Below are positions 1 to 9,871 of a DNA stretch of 64,000 nucleotides, in pieces (the first letter of the stretch is position 1; every line of letters starts with the position of its first letter). Below the pieces are notes generated by a model. That model saw nothing but the letters and a program-made list of their open reading frames with translations. It was not told where the DNA came from and made no database searches. Location: positions 46,860-110,859 of the forward strand of contig CAVQTJ010000004.1 in NCBI GenBank assembly GCA_963716555.1, written 5' to 3'. The position numbers and the translations under genes were made by a program. This DNA comes from an uncultured bacterium (GTDB taxonomy: Bacteria; Chloroflexota; Dormibacteria; Aeolococcales; Aeolococcaceae).

Positions 1-681
1 TTTCGCCGATCCACGGCCCCACACATCCTCTGCCTCACCATCCCGGCGCGCTGGAGCGGCATGGACGACAGCGCCAGGCTGGCAGCCCGGATGCTGACCG
101 CCGAGGAGGGCCTGGAGCGTGTCACCGTGATCGATACCGGCACCGCCGCGGCCGGGCTGGGGCTGATCACCAGGGTGGCGGCCGGCCGCGCCGTCGAGGG
201 CGCCTCCGCCTCCGAGGTGATCGAGCGAGCTCGACGCGCGATCAACGAGGTGCGGATGTTCGGTGCCCTCGAGACCCTCGAGTTCGTGGCCCGCAGCGGC
301 CGGATCAACGGTTTGATCGCCGGCATCTCGGACAGTCTCCACGTCCGCCCGGTCTTCCGGCTGAGCAACGGCCAGACCGGACGCGTCGCCCTGGCCCGAA
401 CCCGGTCAGGCGTCCTCTCCGCCCTGGAGAAGACCGCCCGTGAGCTTCCCGAGCGGCTGTGGATCCTGGTGTTCCATGCCGAGGCGCCGGAGCTCGCCGC
501 CGAGCTCGAGGCAGGTCTTCGCCAGGTCTGCGACGTGGCTCGCTGCGAGACCGTCGCCCTGGATCCGATCATCGGCACCCACACCGGCCCGGGGGTGGTC
601 GGCTATGCCGCCCTCCCCCTGCTCGACGGTGAGTTCGAGGTCGACATCAACGGGGCGGTGGGTGTAGAACCGAAACGGTGA
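1..681 (+). CDS. DegV family (fatty-acid-binding) protein, 5' end off-window
   Basis: Frame 1 is open from base 1. ILCLTIPARWSGMDDSA resembles the DegV S-x-LSG-x-x-SA motif. ORF 61..681 continues as a DegV-like C-terminal half. Confidence 0.6.
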   Translation, partial: FRRSTAPHILCLTIPARWSGMDDSARLAARMLTAEEGLERVTVIDTGTAAAGLGLITRVAAGRAVEGASASEVIERARRAINEVRMFGALETLEFVARSGRINGLIAGISDSLHVRPVFRLSNGQTGRVALARTRSGVLSALEKTARELPERLWILVFHAEAPELAAELEAGLRQVCDVARCETVALDPIIGTHTGPGVVGYAALPLLDGEFEVDINGAVGVEPKR

Positions 682-688
682 CGAACCG

Positions 689-1831
689 TTGGCGTACCCG
701 GCTGCCCCAAACGCCGCGTTCCACGATGTCGCGGTGAGCCGCTCGCACAAGCTGCGCCTGCTCATCCAGGCGGCCCTGACCATCGGCATCCTGGTCGCCC
801 TCATCGTCATTCTCAACCCCGGCCAGCTGGGTCCCGACATCGCTCGCTTCCCGGTCGTCCTGGTCCCGGCGGCGCTCGGCCTCACCGCCTGCGTCTATCT
901 GGCCAAAGGCCTGCGCTACCACCAGCTGCTGCGCAGCGAGGGGGTCACGGTGACTCCGCGAACCTCCGTGCTCTTCACCGTGGGAGGGGAGGCATTCGGC
1001 CTGCTCCCCTTCGGCGAGCTGGCCCGGGCCGAGCTGGCCAGCGAGGCGACCAGCGCCCCGATCGGCACCACCATCGCCGGGGTCACCGTCCAGGAGATGC
1101 TCTACACCGCGGTGATCGTGGCGGTCGCCGTCCCCGGCGCCCTCACCTACGCCGCCGGGATCTCGGGGATCGCCGCCTCACTCTTCGGGATCGTTGCCAT
1201 CCTCGGCATCCTGACCATCCACCCGATCTTCCATGCGGTGCTCTCGGTCATCCGACGGATCCCCTGGGTGCGGAGGGCAGCCACCCAGCTGGAGGTGCTC
1301 CACGAGCAGACCGTCCGGCTGTTGCGCCGGCCGAGCACCTGGCTGTGGCTCACCCTCAGTGTGATCCAGGCCCTGTTCGAGCTGACCCTCTTCTGGCTCA
1401 TGGTCTGGGGCACCACCGGGTCTGCCCTCCCGTGGCTCAGCACCACCTTCGTTTACGGTGCCGCCTACCTCACCGGGGCTGCGGTCAGCCCGGTGGGCGG
1501 GGTCGGTGGCTTCGAGAGCACCGCCATCTACCTGCTCAGCGCCCAGGGGGTGTCGGGCTCGGGCGCGATCGCCGCCGTCCTCCTCTTCCGGGCGGCGGAC
1601 AAGGGCGTCATCACCACCACCGGGTTCGTCGCCTACTTCTGGGTCCGCAGGCACATCCGCCGGCGCCGCGGGCTGCTCCTGGGTGAGGGCGGGCCGGCGC
1701 CGCGCCGCGACCGGGCACCGGAGATCGTCCCCCGTCCAGTGGTCATCCCCCGCCCGGTGGCCATGCCCGCGCCCGTGCTGGTCGACGCGGCCATCACCCG
1801 GCCATTCGGCGGCGGTCCACGATCGACCTGA
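689..1831 (+). CDS. Polytopic membrane protein, possibly UPF0104/flippase-like
   Basis: 380-aa ORF with a TTG start 8 nt after the DegV stop. It has many hydrophobic helices and an Arg/Pro-rich tail. The family assignment is from general resemblance only. Confidence 0.5.
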   Translation: MAYPAAPNAAFHDVAVSRSHKLRLLIQAALTIGILVALIVILNPGQLGPDIARFPVVLVPAALGLTACVYLAKGLRYHQLLRSEGVTVTPRTSVLFTVGGEAFGLLPFGELARAELASEATSAPIGTTIAGVTVQEMLYTAVIVAVAVPGALTYAAGISGIAASLFGIVAILGILTIHPIFHAVLSVIRRIPWVRRAATQLEVLHEQTVRLLRRPSTWLWLTLSVIQALFELTLFWLMVWGTTGSALPWLSTTFVYGAAYLTGAAVSPVGGVGGFESTAIYLLSAQGVSGSGAIAAVLLFRAADKGVITTTGFVAYFWVRRHIRRRRGLLLGEGGPAPRRDRAPEIVPRPVVIPRPVAMPAPVLVDAAITRPFGGGPRST

Positions 1832-3437
1832 GGTCGAGACCGGGGGGAAGGGTGCCCAGCTCGTGCCCCCAGTCGCCCCCCAGCCGGGAGGCGCAGAAGG
1901 CATCGGCCACGGCGGCCGGGGCGTGCCGGACCAGCAGCGACCCCTGGAGGACGAGGGCCAGCCTCTCCGCACTGCGGCGTGCCGCGGGCTCGCCGTCCAC
2001 GCCTCCGAGCGCGGGCCCCAGGGTGTCGAGTGCGCGGTCCAGCCGGAGGTCGGCGCCGCGCGCCCTGCCGGCCTCGGCAAGCAGCGCCTCCAGCGAATCG
2101 GGCTCACGGATGGAGGCGCGCAGCGAGTCGAGGGCGTTGACGTTTCCCGAGCCCTCCCAGATGGCGTTGACGGGGGCCTCGCGGTAGAGGCGAGGCATCG
2201 GCGAGTCCTCGACGTAGCCGTTGCCCCCCAGACATTCGAGCGCCTCGGCGGTGACGCCCACCGCCCGCTTGCAGACCCAGTACTTGGCGCAGGCCAGGGC
2301 CAGCCGCAGGAACGCCGCCTCCTCGCGGTCCTGGGAGCGGTCGGCCGCCCCGGCGAGCCGAAGCATCAAAGTCGTGGCCGCCTCGGATTCGACCGCCATG
2401 TCCGCCAGCACGTTCTGCATCAGCGGCTGGTCGATGAGGAGGCGGCCGAATGCCGTGCGATGCGCTGCATGATGCACCGCCTGGACCAGGGCCTGGGTGA
2501 TCAGCGCCGCCGAGCCGATGACGCAATCCAGCCGGGTCAGATTGACCATCCGCAGAATGGTGTGCACCCCTTGGCCCGCCTCACCGACGCGCTGCGCCCA
2601 GGCCCCGTCGAGCTCGATCTCGGCGGAGGCGTTGGAGCGGTTGCCGAGCTTGTCCTTGAGCCGCTGAATGGCGACGGCGTTGCGAGTGCCGTCCGGGAGC
2701 ACCCGCGGGAGCAGGAAGCAGGAGAGTGCTTCGCCCTCTCGAGCCAGCACCAGGAACGCATCCGACATCGGCGCCGAACAGAACCACTTATGACCGGTGA
2801 GCAGATGCCCGCCGTCTGAGTCGGGGACGGCGCGGGTGGCGTTGGCTCGGAGGTCGGAGCCGCCCTGCTTCTCGGTCATGGCCATCCCGATGAGCGCCCC
2901 CCGCTTCTGCTGCGGAGGCCTGAGCACCGGGTCATAGATGAGCGAGGTGAGCCGGGGCAGCCACTCCGCCGTCAGCGCTGGTGAGGCGCTGAGGGCCGCC
3001 ACCGAGGCGTGGGTCATCGAGATCGGACAGCCGTGTCCAGCCTCCACCTGCGACCACAGATAGAAACCCGCCGCCCGGGCCACGTGGGCTCCGGAGCGCG
3101 GCTCGCGCCAGGCGCCAGCGTGCAGCCCGGCTCCCACCGCCACCTCCATCAGCCGATGCCAGGCGGGGTGGAACTCCACCTCGTCGACGCGGTTCCCGTA
3201 GCGATCGTGGGTGCGCAGCCGTGGGGGGTTGGTGTTGGCCTGGACACCGCATTCGATCGCCTCGGCGGTGCCGGCCCGGCGCCCGAGGTCCTCGAGGGCC
3301 GGGTGGGCCCAGCCTGCACCCTCGCGCTCGATTCCCTCTCGGAGTGGCGCGTCCGCGGTGAGGACGTTGTGGCCCTCAAGCGGTGGGGGCTGGTTCAGGA
3401 CCTCGTGGGTGGGGTGGCTGGTGGTGGGAGGGCGCAT
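1794..3437 (-). CDS. aidB: AidB-type acyl-CoA dehydrogenase
   Basis: 547-aa ORF. It is collinear with E. coli AidB: THEVLNQPPPL, FHPAWH, GMAMTEKQGGSD, KDKLGNRSNASAEIE, PRLYREAPVNAIWEGSGN. Confidence 0.85.
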   Translation of the reverse strand: MRPPTTSHPTHEVLNQPPPLEGHNVLTADAPLREGIEREGAGWAHPALEDLGRRAGTAEAIECGVQANTNPPRLRTHDRYGNRVDEVEFHPAWHRLMEVAVGAGLHAGAWREPRSGAHVARAAGFYLWSQVEAGHGCPISMTHASVAALSASPALTAEWLPRLTSLIYDPVLRPPQQKRGALIGMAMTEKQGGSDLRANATRAVPDSDGGHLLTGHKWFCSAPMSDAFLVLAREGEALSCFLLPRVLPDGTRNAVAIQRLKDKLGNRSNASAEIELDGAWAQRVGEAGQGVHTILRMVNLTRLDCVIGSAALITQALVQAVHHAAHRTAFGRLLIDQPLMQNVLADMAVESEAATTLMLRLAGAADRSQDREEAAFLRLALACAKYWVCKRAVGVTAEALECLGGNGYVEDSPMPRLYREAPVNAIWEGSGNVNALDSLRASIREPDSLEALLAEAGRARGADLRLDRALDTLGPALGGVDGEPAARRSAERLALVLQGSLLVRHAPAAVADAFCASRLGGDWGHELGTLPPGLDLRSIVDRRRMAG

Positions 3438-3467
3438 CGATCCGCTCGTGGGCCATCGTAGTCCGGG

Positions 3468-4343
3468 TCATGCCGGCCGCCGCTCTCCCTCCCCCACCGC
3501 GTAGCGGACAAACACGTGGTCGCCCGACCGGCGCAGCGAGCGCAGCTCGAGGCGTGATGCCTGATCGGGAAGGAAGGCGTGTCCGGCCACGAGCCCGGGG
3601 CGAGCAGCGGCCTCGCTTCTCCCCGCGAGCTGCGGGGCCAGGGTCAGGAAGAGCTCGTCGACCCACCCTCCCTGCAGGAGATCTCCGAAGAGCCTCGGGC
3701 CCCCCTCGCAGAGGATGGTGACCGCCCTCAACTGGCTGCGAACCGCGCCCACGATCGCGTCCGCGCTGATATTCCCGCCCGGGGCGGTGACTGCCACCCG
3801 CACCCGGGGGTGAAGCGGCGGGAGCCGGCCGGCCCCCGCCTCGGTGGTGATCACCAGGACGTCGGTCTGGGGCGCGCTCAGCGCCGGGTGGGCGGCTGGG
3901 AGCTCTCCGCTCTCGGTGACCACGGCGAGCGGCGGCGGTTGGGCGGCACCGGCGACGGCGGCTCGGTGGGCGGTCAGCTCGGCGGCCAGCTCAGGCATCG
4001 GGGTGCTCGGCGTCCACTGGTGGTGGGGATCGTCGCGCAGGGTGCCGGAGCCGATCAGGACGCAGTCGGCGGCGCAGCGGAGCAGGGCCATCACGAAGCG
4101 GTCGGCGGCGCTGTGCAGGCTGATTGAGATGGCGCCCTCTCCACGGCCGTCGCCGAAGGCGGTGACCCCGTCGACGGTGGCGACGAAGTTGGCGATCAGC
4201 CGGGGGGTGCCGAGGCGGATCCTCAGCGGGCCACCGTACAGGCGGAGCAGAGGGTCGTCGGGCCCAGGGCCGTCGTCGTCGAACAGGACGTCGAATCGAG
4301 TGGACTGGGCGAAGCGGCGCAGGGCCGCGCTGCTCACCTCCAT
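3468..4343 (-). CDS. RibD C-terminal-domain / dihydrofolate-reductase-like reductase
   Basis: 291-aa ORF. ANFVATVDGVTAF and LIGSGTL resemble bifunctional deaminase-reductase C-terminal domains. Confidence 0.55.
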   Translation of the reverse strand: MEVSSAALRRFAQSTRFDVLFDDDGPGPDDPLLRLYGGPLRIRLGTPRLIANFVATVDGVTAFGDGRGEGAISISLHSAADRFVMALLRCAADCVLIGSGTLRDDPHHQWTPSTPMPELAAELTAHRAAVAGAAQPPPLAVVTESGELPAAHPALSAPQTDVLVITTEAGAGRLPPLHPRVRVAVTAPGGNISADAIVGAVRSQLRAVTILCEGGPRLFGDLLQGGWVDELFLTLAPQLAGRSEAAARPGLVAGHAFLPDQASRLELRSLRRSGDHVFVRYAVGEGERRPA

Positions 4344-5140
4344 GCGGCGATGACCTGGGCGAGACCGCTGCGATAGTCGGGGAAGCGCGGCTTGAAGCCC
4401 GGCAGGGCGGGAAGAGCGGGGCCGGTCACCCCCAGCTCCGCCATCTGCATGTGCTCCTCGGCCACGACCAGGTGAGCCGGCCTGCGGGCGATGGCCGGCA
4501 GGTGCAGGGGCAGGGGATTGCCGACCAGGCGGGCGAATTGGTCCATGAACGCGGAAAAGGACGCCGGCGTGCCGTCGGTCAGATGGAGGATCGGGCCGGC
4601 GGGTCGGGCTCTGGCTGCACGGAGCAGCCCGGCGGCGGCGTCGGTGTGGTGGAGGTAATCATGGAGTGCGGAGCGGGGCCCGGCCCAGTAGAGGCGGCCG
4701 ATCCGAAAGGAGCGACGGAAGGCGCGCAGGTCGCGCGATCGCGGCCCGTAGAGATAGCCCAGACGGATCACGCAGGCCGGGGTGGGGGAATCGAGGACCA
4801 ATCTCTCGGCCTCCAGCGCCGCGTCGAGGATGGGCTGGAGCCGGTCACCGACGCGGGCGCCGGCCTCCGCGGCGCGGAGGAATGCGTAGCTCGCATGGAC
4901 CACGAAGTCCGCGGCACGACCCGCCGGGCTGTCCAGGGCCGCGCGGGTGTCCGCGACGATGCGCGCCGGGGTGTGGCGTTTCCAGGCATGACCATCGTGG
5001 AGCAGCGTGTTCGGGGGCTGGGAGACGATGTTGACCAGCGTCCGGCCGCCCGCGGCACCGCGCCGTGATCGGCCGGCCCGCAGCTGCTCCTGCAGCGCCA
5101 GTCCCAGCTCGCTGGATGGGGCGGTGATCTCGACGTCCAT
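4334..5140 (-). CDS. Extended-SDR (NAD-dependent epimerase/dehydratase)-like protein with a degenerate N-terminus
   Basis: The listed ORF 4334..5578 runs through the tRNA, so the start was moved to the ATG at 5140 (MDVEITAP). RLGYLYGP and HHTDAAAGLL are SDR-like. No clear GxxGxxG motif is present. Confidence 0.45.
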   Translation of the reverse strand: MDVEITAPSSELGLALQEQLRAGRSRRGAAGGRTLVNIVSQPPNTLLHDGHAWKRHTPARIVADTRAALDSPAGRAADFVVHASYAFLRAAEAGARVGDRLQPILDAALEAERLVLDSPTPACVIRLGYLYGPRSRDLRAFRRSFRIGRLYWAGPRSALHDYLHHTDAAAGLLRAARARPAGPILHLTDGTPASFSAFMDQFARLVGNPLPLHLPAIARRPAHLVVAEEHMQMAELGVTGPALPALPGFKPRFPDYRSGLAQVIAAWR

Positions 5141-5328
5141 GCCGCCTCCGGGATGCGACGATGCCGTCAGAGATGATGCCATCGGGTGCACCGGGCACGC
5201 CGTCCAGGCCCGCGGCCGGGGTCGCCGCCGCACGTGCGGCACCTCGGCTGGATAGCACTTCAGGGCGGGGGCGGCCCCACCCATCTGGGATAATGACTCG
5301 CTCCGGTCGGTGCGCTCGGGCCGGCCAC

Positions 5329-5400
5329 GCCGACGTAGCTCAGTGGTAGAGCAGCGGTTTCGTAAACCGCTGGCCGGGAGTTCGAGTCTCCCCGTCGGCT
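5329..5400 (+). tRNA. tRNA-Thr (anticodon CGU)
   Basis: 72-nt cloverleaf folded by hand. Acceptor stem GCCGACG/CGTCGGC, D arm GCTC-AGTGGTA-GAGC, anticodon arm GCGGT-TTCGTAA-ACCGC, T arm GGGAG-TTCGAGT-CTCCC. Confidence 0.9.
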
Positions 5401-5468
5401 CCGCCAAAAGCCGTTTGATACCAACGGAATCGGCGCGCCAGGCGGCCCGCCAACGTAACCCCACGGAC

Positions 5469-5545
5469 CCCGTACCCCCGTCCGTACCCCAAAACGTGAT
5501 ACCATGGGGCCACGGGGGTACACCCCCCGACAACGGGGGTACGGG
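5469..5545. repeat. Four GTACCCC heptamers forming nested inverted repeats between the tRNA and the integrase ATG
   Basis: GTACCCC at 5472 and 5484, and GGGGTAC at 5515 and 5536. The outer 13-bp perfect inverted repeat is CCCGTACCCCCGT (5469-5481) / ACGGGGGTACGGG (5533-5545). Confidence 0.7.
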
Positions 5546-5547
5546 CC

Positions 5548-6706
5548 ATGGCGACGATGGGGGACGGCACGGGCGCACGGGAGCGGCATCGCGGGCACGG
5601 CGAGGGAAGCATCCGGCAGCGCAAGGTGGGATTGTGGGAAGCGCGGTTCACCGTGGGCACCACCCGCCGCTCCGTGTACGGCAAGACGCGGCAAGAGACC
5701 GCGAACAAGTTGACCGCTGCTCTGGCGGGATTGCAGCGGGGTGAGGTGCCGCCACCCGAGAGGCGCACCGTGGCCGCCTTCTTAATGGAGTGGATGGCCG
5801 GACTGGATTCGCGGGTGAGGGCCAGCACGGCAACCCGCTACCGCGACCTGCTCAACCGCCACGCCCTGCCCTTCATCGGTTCGGTGAGGCTGAGTGCGCT
5901 CACCCCCCAGCGGGTGGAGGCGCTGCTCACCGAGCGCCAGGCCGCCGGGCTATCGCCTCGCTCGGCATGGCATCTCCGGGCGGTGCTGCGGTCTGCCTTT
6001 CACGACGCCCAGCGGGCCGGGGAGATTAGCCGCAATCCCGCCGGGCTGGCTCGGCCGCCCAGGGTCGAGAGCTACCGGGTCGCCCCAATGTCACCGGCTG
6101 ACGCCAGCGCCATCCTGGAGGCGGTGGCGGGCACCGACCTGGACGCGCCGGTCACCGATCTCCCTGTTCACCGGGCTGCGCCAGGGAGAGCTTCTCGGGC
6201 TCCATTGGTCGGATGTGGAACTGGATGCTCGCCGTCTCACCGTCAGCGTCACCCTGCAGCGCCGGGGCCGGGAGTTCTACGTCGAGGCCACCAAGACCGA
6301 TAAAAGCCGCAGGACGATCATCCTGCCCGCCCAGGCCGTCGAAGCCCTCCGGGCTAAGCGGCAGCGGCAGCGGGAGCAGCGCCTGCTGGTTGGTCCGGGC
6401 TGGGAGACGCCGTTTGGCGACCTCGTTTTCACCGATGCGATTGGCAGGCCACTGAACGGCACCACCCTGACCCACGGCCTCGCCAGGGTCCTCAAGGGGG
6501 CCGGGCTTCGGCCGATCCGCTGGCACGATCTCCGTCATGCCGCCGCAACCCTGATGCTGGCCTCGGGGACCGACCTCAAGGTGGTGAGCGAGGTTCTGGG
6601 CCACAGTGACATTGGCATCACCGCCAACATGTACGCCGGGGTACTGGACTCGCTCAAGACGGATGCCGCTGACCGGCTGGGTGCGCTGATCCGGCCGGTG
6701 GGTTAG
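5548..6706 (+). pseudogene. Tyrosine recombinase (phage-type integrase), reading frame broken near 6150-6165
   Basis: ORF 5548..6303 gives the N-terminal SAM-like part. ORF 5894..6706 gives the catalytic part (LFTGLRQGELLGLHW, WHDLRHAAATL, LGHSDIGITANMY). The two frames overlap and lie directly 3' of the tRNA. Confidence 0.8.
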
Positions 6707-6717
6707 AAGCTCCCCGT

Positions 6718-6909
6718 TTACTGCGTCTGGCCCTCGAGCCACTCCTCCAGCGCCTTCCGGGGGATGCGGACGAGGCGACCGATTCTCACCACCGGCACCT
6801 GGCGGGTGCGAATCAACTGGTATGCCAGGGTTCTGCCGATGCGCGCTGCGGTTGCAAACTCGTTGGCGGTGAGCAGTAGCGTGTCGGGTGGTGACGCGGC
6901 GGGTTGCAT
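6718..6909 (-). CDS. Excisionase / MerR-like HTH DNA-binding protein
   Basis: 63 aa. LLTANEFATAARIGRTLAYQLIRTRQVPVVRIGRLVRIPRKALEEWL is a typical Xis/HTH_17 pattern. It is adjacent to the integrase. Confidence 0.75.
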   Translation of the reverse strand: MQPAASPPDTLLLTANEFATAARIGRTLAYQLIRTRQVPVVRIGRLVRIPRKALEEWLEGQTQ

Positions 6910-6919
6910 GTTGGGCTGA

Positions 6920-7318
6920 TTGTATCTCGGTACCCGGGAAAACCCTTATCGGTGCCGGGAGCTTACGCTATCTCGTCGCCAGCGCACCATCGAACATGAG
7001 CGCAGGCAGCTTGAGCTACGCGCTGCTGAGGCTCAAGGTCAGCGCGAGATTAGCCAGAAGCATTCAGCCTTGTGTGAGCGCGTCATTGAGCTGCGGACCC
7101 GACTTGCCACCGCCCAGGCCACCCTCGACGGGGATGATCGTACTGCCGCGTCTTTGGCCGTGGGTGAGATCGCTGTTGCCGAGCGCCAGTTGGCCGCCGC
7201 ACAGGAGGCGCTGTTGCGGCATTCCACCGATCACGGTGCGCGCCGGTTCGTCAACTTCACGCCGTCCCAGCGGGTGGATATTCTCGTCCGGGAGCATGTC
7301 CAAAACACTCGCCGCTGA
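6920..7318 (+). CDS. Hypothetical coiled-coil protein
   Basis: 132-aa ORF, Glu/Arg/Ala/Gln-rich and heptad-like, with a non-ATG start. Competing overlapping ORFs look compositionally spurious. Confidence 0.35.
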   Translation: MYLGTRENPYRCRELTLSRRQRTIEHERRQLELRAAEAQGQREISQKHSALCERVIELRTRLATAQATLDGDDRTAASLAVGEIAVAERQLAAAQEALLRHSTDHGARRFVNFTPSQRVDILVREHVQNTRR

Positions 7319-7491
7319 TGCGCTAAGCCGTCGCTCCGACGAGGCTGAGCCAACCTCGATGCCGGGCCGCCCGGCCTCGATGAGATCCTCGATCCCGTCC
7401 TGCGAACCCCATCTGTGCTTTCGGTCGAGGTGCGGGCAGCGTGATGTGACGGCGCTGGTGGTCGCACGGCCAGGGCGACGAGATGAATGAT

Positions 7492-7998
7492 CTAAAAACC
7501 AGCAGCGTAGCGCTCGCCCATAGACTGGGCGAGCGTCAACACCCGATCCTGGAGGGCCTTAGCGCCCTGGGCGTCCTCACCGTCCATGCGCCGCAGCATC
7601 TCTGTGAGATCGGCGTTTAGCTCTCCCAACCCGGAACGCCAAGCGCTGTCTTTGGCGGCGAGCGCAGGCGGCGGAGCGACCCCGTCTAGTAGGCGTTGGG
7701 CCCGCTGTACTGCGCTATGGATGCCCGACCACAAGCCGCGCACCTCTCGGCCCAGTCCTGGGGCGAGAGCGTCTCGTTCGGCTTCCGGAACTGCGGCGAC
7801 GCGACGGAGGATCTTCTGCCTCTGCGTCTCGTAGTGTTGGAGTGCCTCGGAGATGCCCTCCGAGCCGTCGCGCATCGCCTTTGCGTACACATCCAGCTCA
7901 TGGCGATCGCCCTTGGATGCGTTACCAGTGACCGCTGCCCTCCTGCCCCGACGGCGACCGATCAAATAGCCAAGGCCAAAATCGAACAGACCACTCAT
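7492..7998 (-). CDS. Hypothetical protein
   Basis: 168-aa ATG-started ORF with balanced composition. No motif recognised. Confidence 0.45.
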   Translation of the reverse strand: MSGLFDFGLGYLIGRRRGRRAAVTGNASKGDRHELDVYAKAMRDGSEGISEALQHYETQRQKILRRVAAVPEAERDALAPGLGREVRGLWSGIHSAVQRAQRLLDGVAPPPALAAKDSAWRSGLGELNADLTEMLRRMDGEDAQGAKALQDRVLTLAQSMGERYAAGF

Positions 7999-8015
7999 CT
8001 CATGCCCAGCGACAG

Positions 8016-8666
8016 TCAGCAGTTGGCCGTCGGATCGACGGGCAATACGCTGATGCTCGCGTCCTGGACATTGTTGGCATCGTAGGTGATGTTGAGATTG
8101 CTGTCCGTGTAGCTCAGCTCGACACCGAGCACACCCTGAGGATCGCCAATCTGCGGATGTGCGCTGAAGAGCGCGGCCAGCGTGGGGCTTGTGATGTTGA
8201 AGAGACCACAGCTACCACCGTGGCGATCAACCTTGAGAGCGGTCATGGTGCTGTCCGCGGGAAGCCAGTGGAGGACTTCTTGCTCCGCTACGGACGCGGC
8301 CGTGTTGTCAGTGAAATTCTGCTGGTATCCTCCGATGATGCCATCGCCGACCATGACGTCGGTGAACTGGTAGGTTTGCCCGCTTTCGTCGTTCGTAAGG
8401 CCGCCACCGAAGCAGGAGTTCGCAGCCGTGCATAGGACCCCCGGACCGTGATCAGCGCCATGGAGGGCTGTCATCTCGGCTACCGTCGCGCCAATACCGG
8501 TGAAGTTCGATGACGCCGAGGTTGCCGATGCGGAGGACTGCGGTAAGGAGGAGTGAGTTGCGGGTGCCTGGCTAGAGGGAGCCTGGCTGCGCGTACCCCC
8601 TGTGGACGAGCACGAAGCTAAGACAAAAGCCAGCCCCACAAGAGGAAGCGCCTTTATCGTCCGCAT
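8016..8666 (-). CDS. Secreted lipoprotein, function unknown
   Basis: The start was moved to MRTIKALPLVGLAFVLASCSS (lipobox LASC). A Ser-rich linker is followed by a globular part. Confidence 0.6.
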   Translation of the reverse strand: MRTIKALPLVGLAFVLASCSSTGGTRSQAPSSQAPATHSSLPQSSASATSASSNFTGIGATVAEMTALHGADHGPGVLCTAANSCFGGGLTNDESGQTYQFTDVMVGDGIIGGYQQNFTDNTAASVAEQEVLHWLPADSTMTALKVDRHGGSCGLFNITSPTLAALFSAHPQIGDPQGVLGVELSYTDSNLNITYDANNVQDASISVLPVDPTANC

Positions 8667-9022
8667 CTTCCGAGCTTGCCCCCCGTGCTTTTGCACGATC
8701 ATCAAAGGGCGGGGCAGAAACTGGGCTCACGGCGCCGCCCTGTCCGCCTCCGAGTGGTCGGTACAAAACCGTAGGCGAGGGGCAACGGTCTAGTCTGTAC
8801 GGTGGCAGACATCACCGAGCGAGGTGGCACTCTAATCGCCGACGGTTGGCCCGCCTGCGCGGGGTGCCGGATCTGCGACACGTTTGGGGCGTAAGCCGAT
8901 ACTGGCCACCCTCGACGTCCGTGGGCGGCACCGTACGAGAGGACGGTGCTCCCCTGGTACGCCAGCCTCTGATGGCGGCAGAGCGCCTACACCGCACTCG
9001 TGCTCCTCGCGTGGCCAGGAGA

Positions 9023-9457
9023 CTACATCCGAGCGAGCAGCTCAGCCTTCTTGGCGGCGAACTCGGCCTCAGTGAGAACTCCAGCATCGCGCAGCTCGCC
9101 GAGCTTGCGGATCTGCGTTGGAATGTCGTCTGCGGCGGAGGCGGAGGTAGACGCGCCGTCTGCTCCGGGGGGTGGTGCGAGTTCTGAGGCTCCTGATCCG
9201 CCCTTTAGCCAGGTAACCGTTGTCAGCCCTTTATTGGTGAAGAATCCGGTGGCTAAGCTGTAGTGTTTGGTGCGGCTAGACTGGCCCTCTATATGCCATC
9301 CCGCCGCATACATTTTATTGGCGTCACGCTGGAATTCTCGCTCGTTCTTGTATCGCTTAACCTGCACCTGCGGTGCGACGGCTTCCGAGCCTGCTGAGCC
9401 TTGACGGAGTTCCCGAGATTTTTCCAGTAGCCGACCTTCTTGCCGGGTTCCAGCCAC
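9023..9457 (-). CDS. SHOCT-domain protein
   Basis: The C-terminus IRKLGELRDAGVLTEAEFAAKKAELLARM is a SHOCT motif. The upstream part is KRYKNEREFQRDANKMYAAGWHIEG. The N-terminus is uncertain because a better-looking frame (ORF 9289..9501) may join it through a frameshift. Confidence 0.6.
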   Translation of the reverse strand: MAGTRQEGRLLEKSRELRQGSAGSEAVAPQVQVKRYKNEREFQRDANKMYAAGWHIEGQSSRTKHYSLATGFFTNKGLTTVTWLKGGSGASELAPPPGADGASTSASAADDIPTQIRKLGELRDAGVLTEAEFAAKKAELLARM

Positions 9458-9475
9458 GCGACCGTGTCGCCGGTC

Positions 9476-9871
9476 TCAAACCGGCCGACTTCGGAAACCA
9501 TGACTTCTTGGATTGACGACTGTTATCTCCTCGGCAAGACGACGTGCGGGCGAGTACTCGACCCCGTCGATTCCCTGCATCTTCTGGTAGCTGACGTGAA
9601 TCCCCATAAGTTGCTCACCAACCCTGAAGACGAAGTCGGGGTGTTTCCCGTCAAGGATCAGGATCTGCTCGATTTCACCGATGGGGATGCGTTCCTCGTT
9701 CGCCTCACGACCCCCGAAGGCGCCGACTTTCGCGACCGTCCGGAGGACCAATTCATCTTGCTCGACCAGCGCGCCGCCGAGCTGGTGAGCCACCAACGTG
9801 CCCATGGCTTCCAAATCCTCCCTGTTTATATGCGTCGGGCCGAGTATAGGGAGCCCAGAGACGCTCGCCAA
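9476..9871 (-). CDS. Hypothetical protein (may be the N-terminal part of the SHOCT gene)
   Basis: 131-aa ORF. The opposite-strand ORF 9440..9913 is an equally long mirror. Strand choice rests on neighbours and composition only. Confidence 0.3.
   Translation of the reverse strand: MASVSGLPILGPTHINREDLEAMGTLVAHQLGGALVEQDELVLRTVAKVGAFGGREANEERIPIGEIEQILILDGKHPDFVFRVGEQLMGIHVSYQKMQGIDGVEYSPARRLAEEITVVNPRSHGFRSRPV

Noticed and set aside
5141-5578. N-terminal 146 codons of ORF 4334..5578.
   Set aside because: The extension runs straight through the tRNA-Thr gene and has junk composition. The start was moved to 5140.
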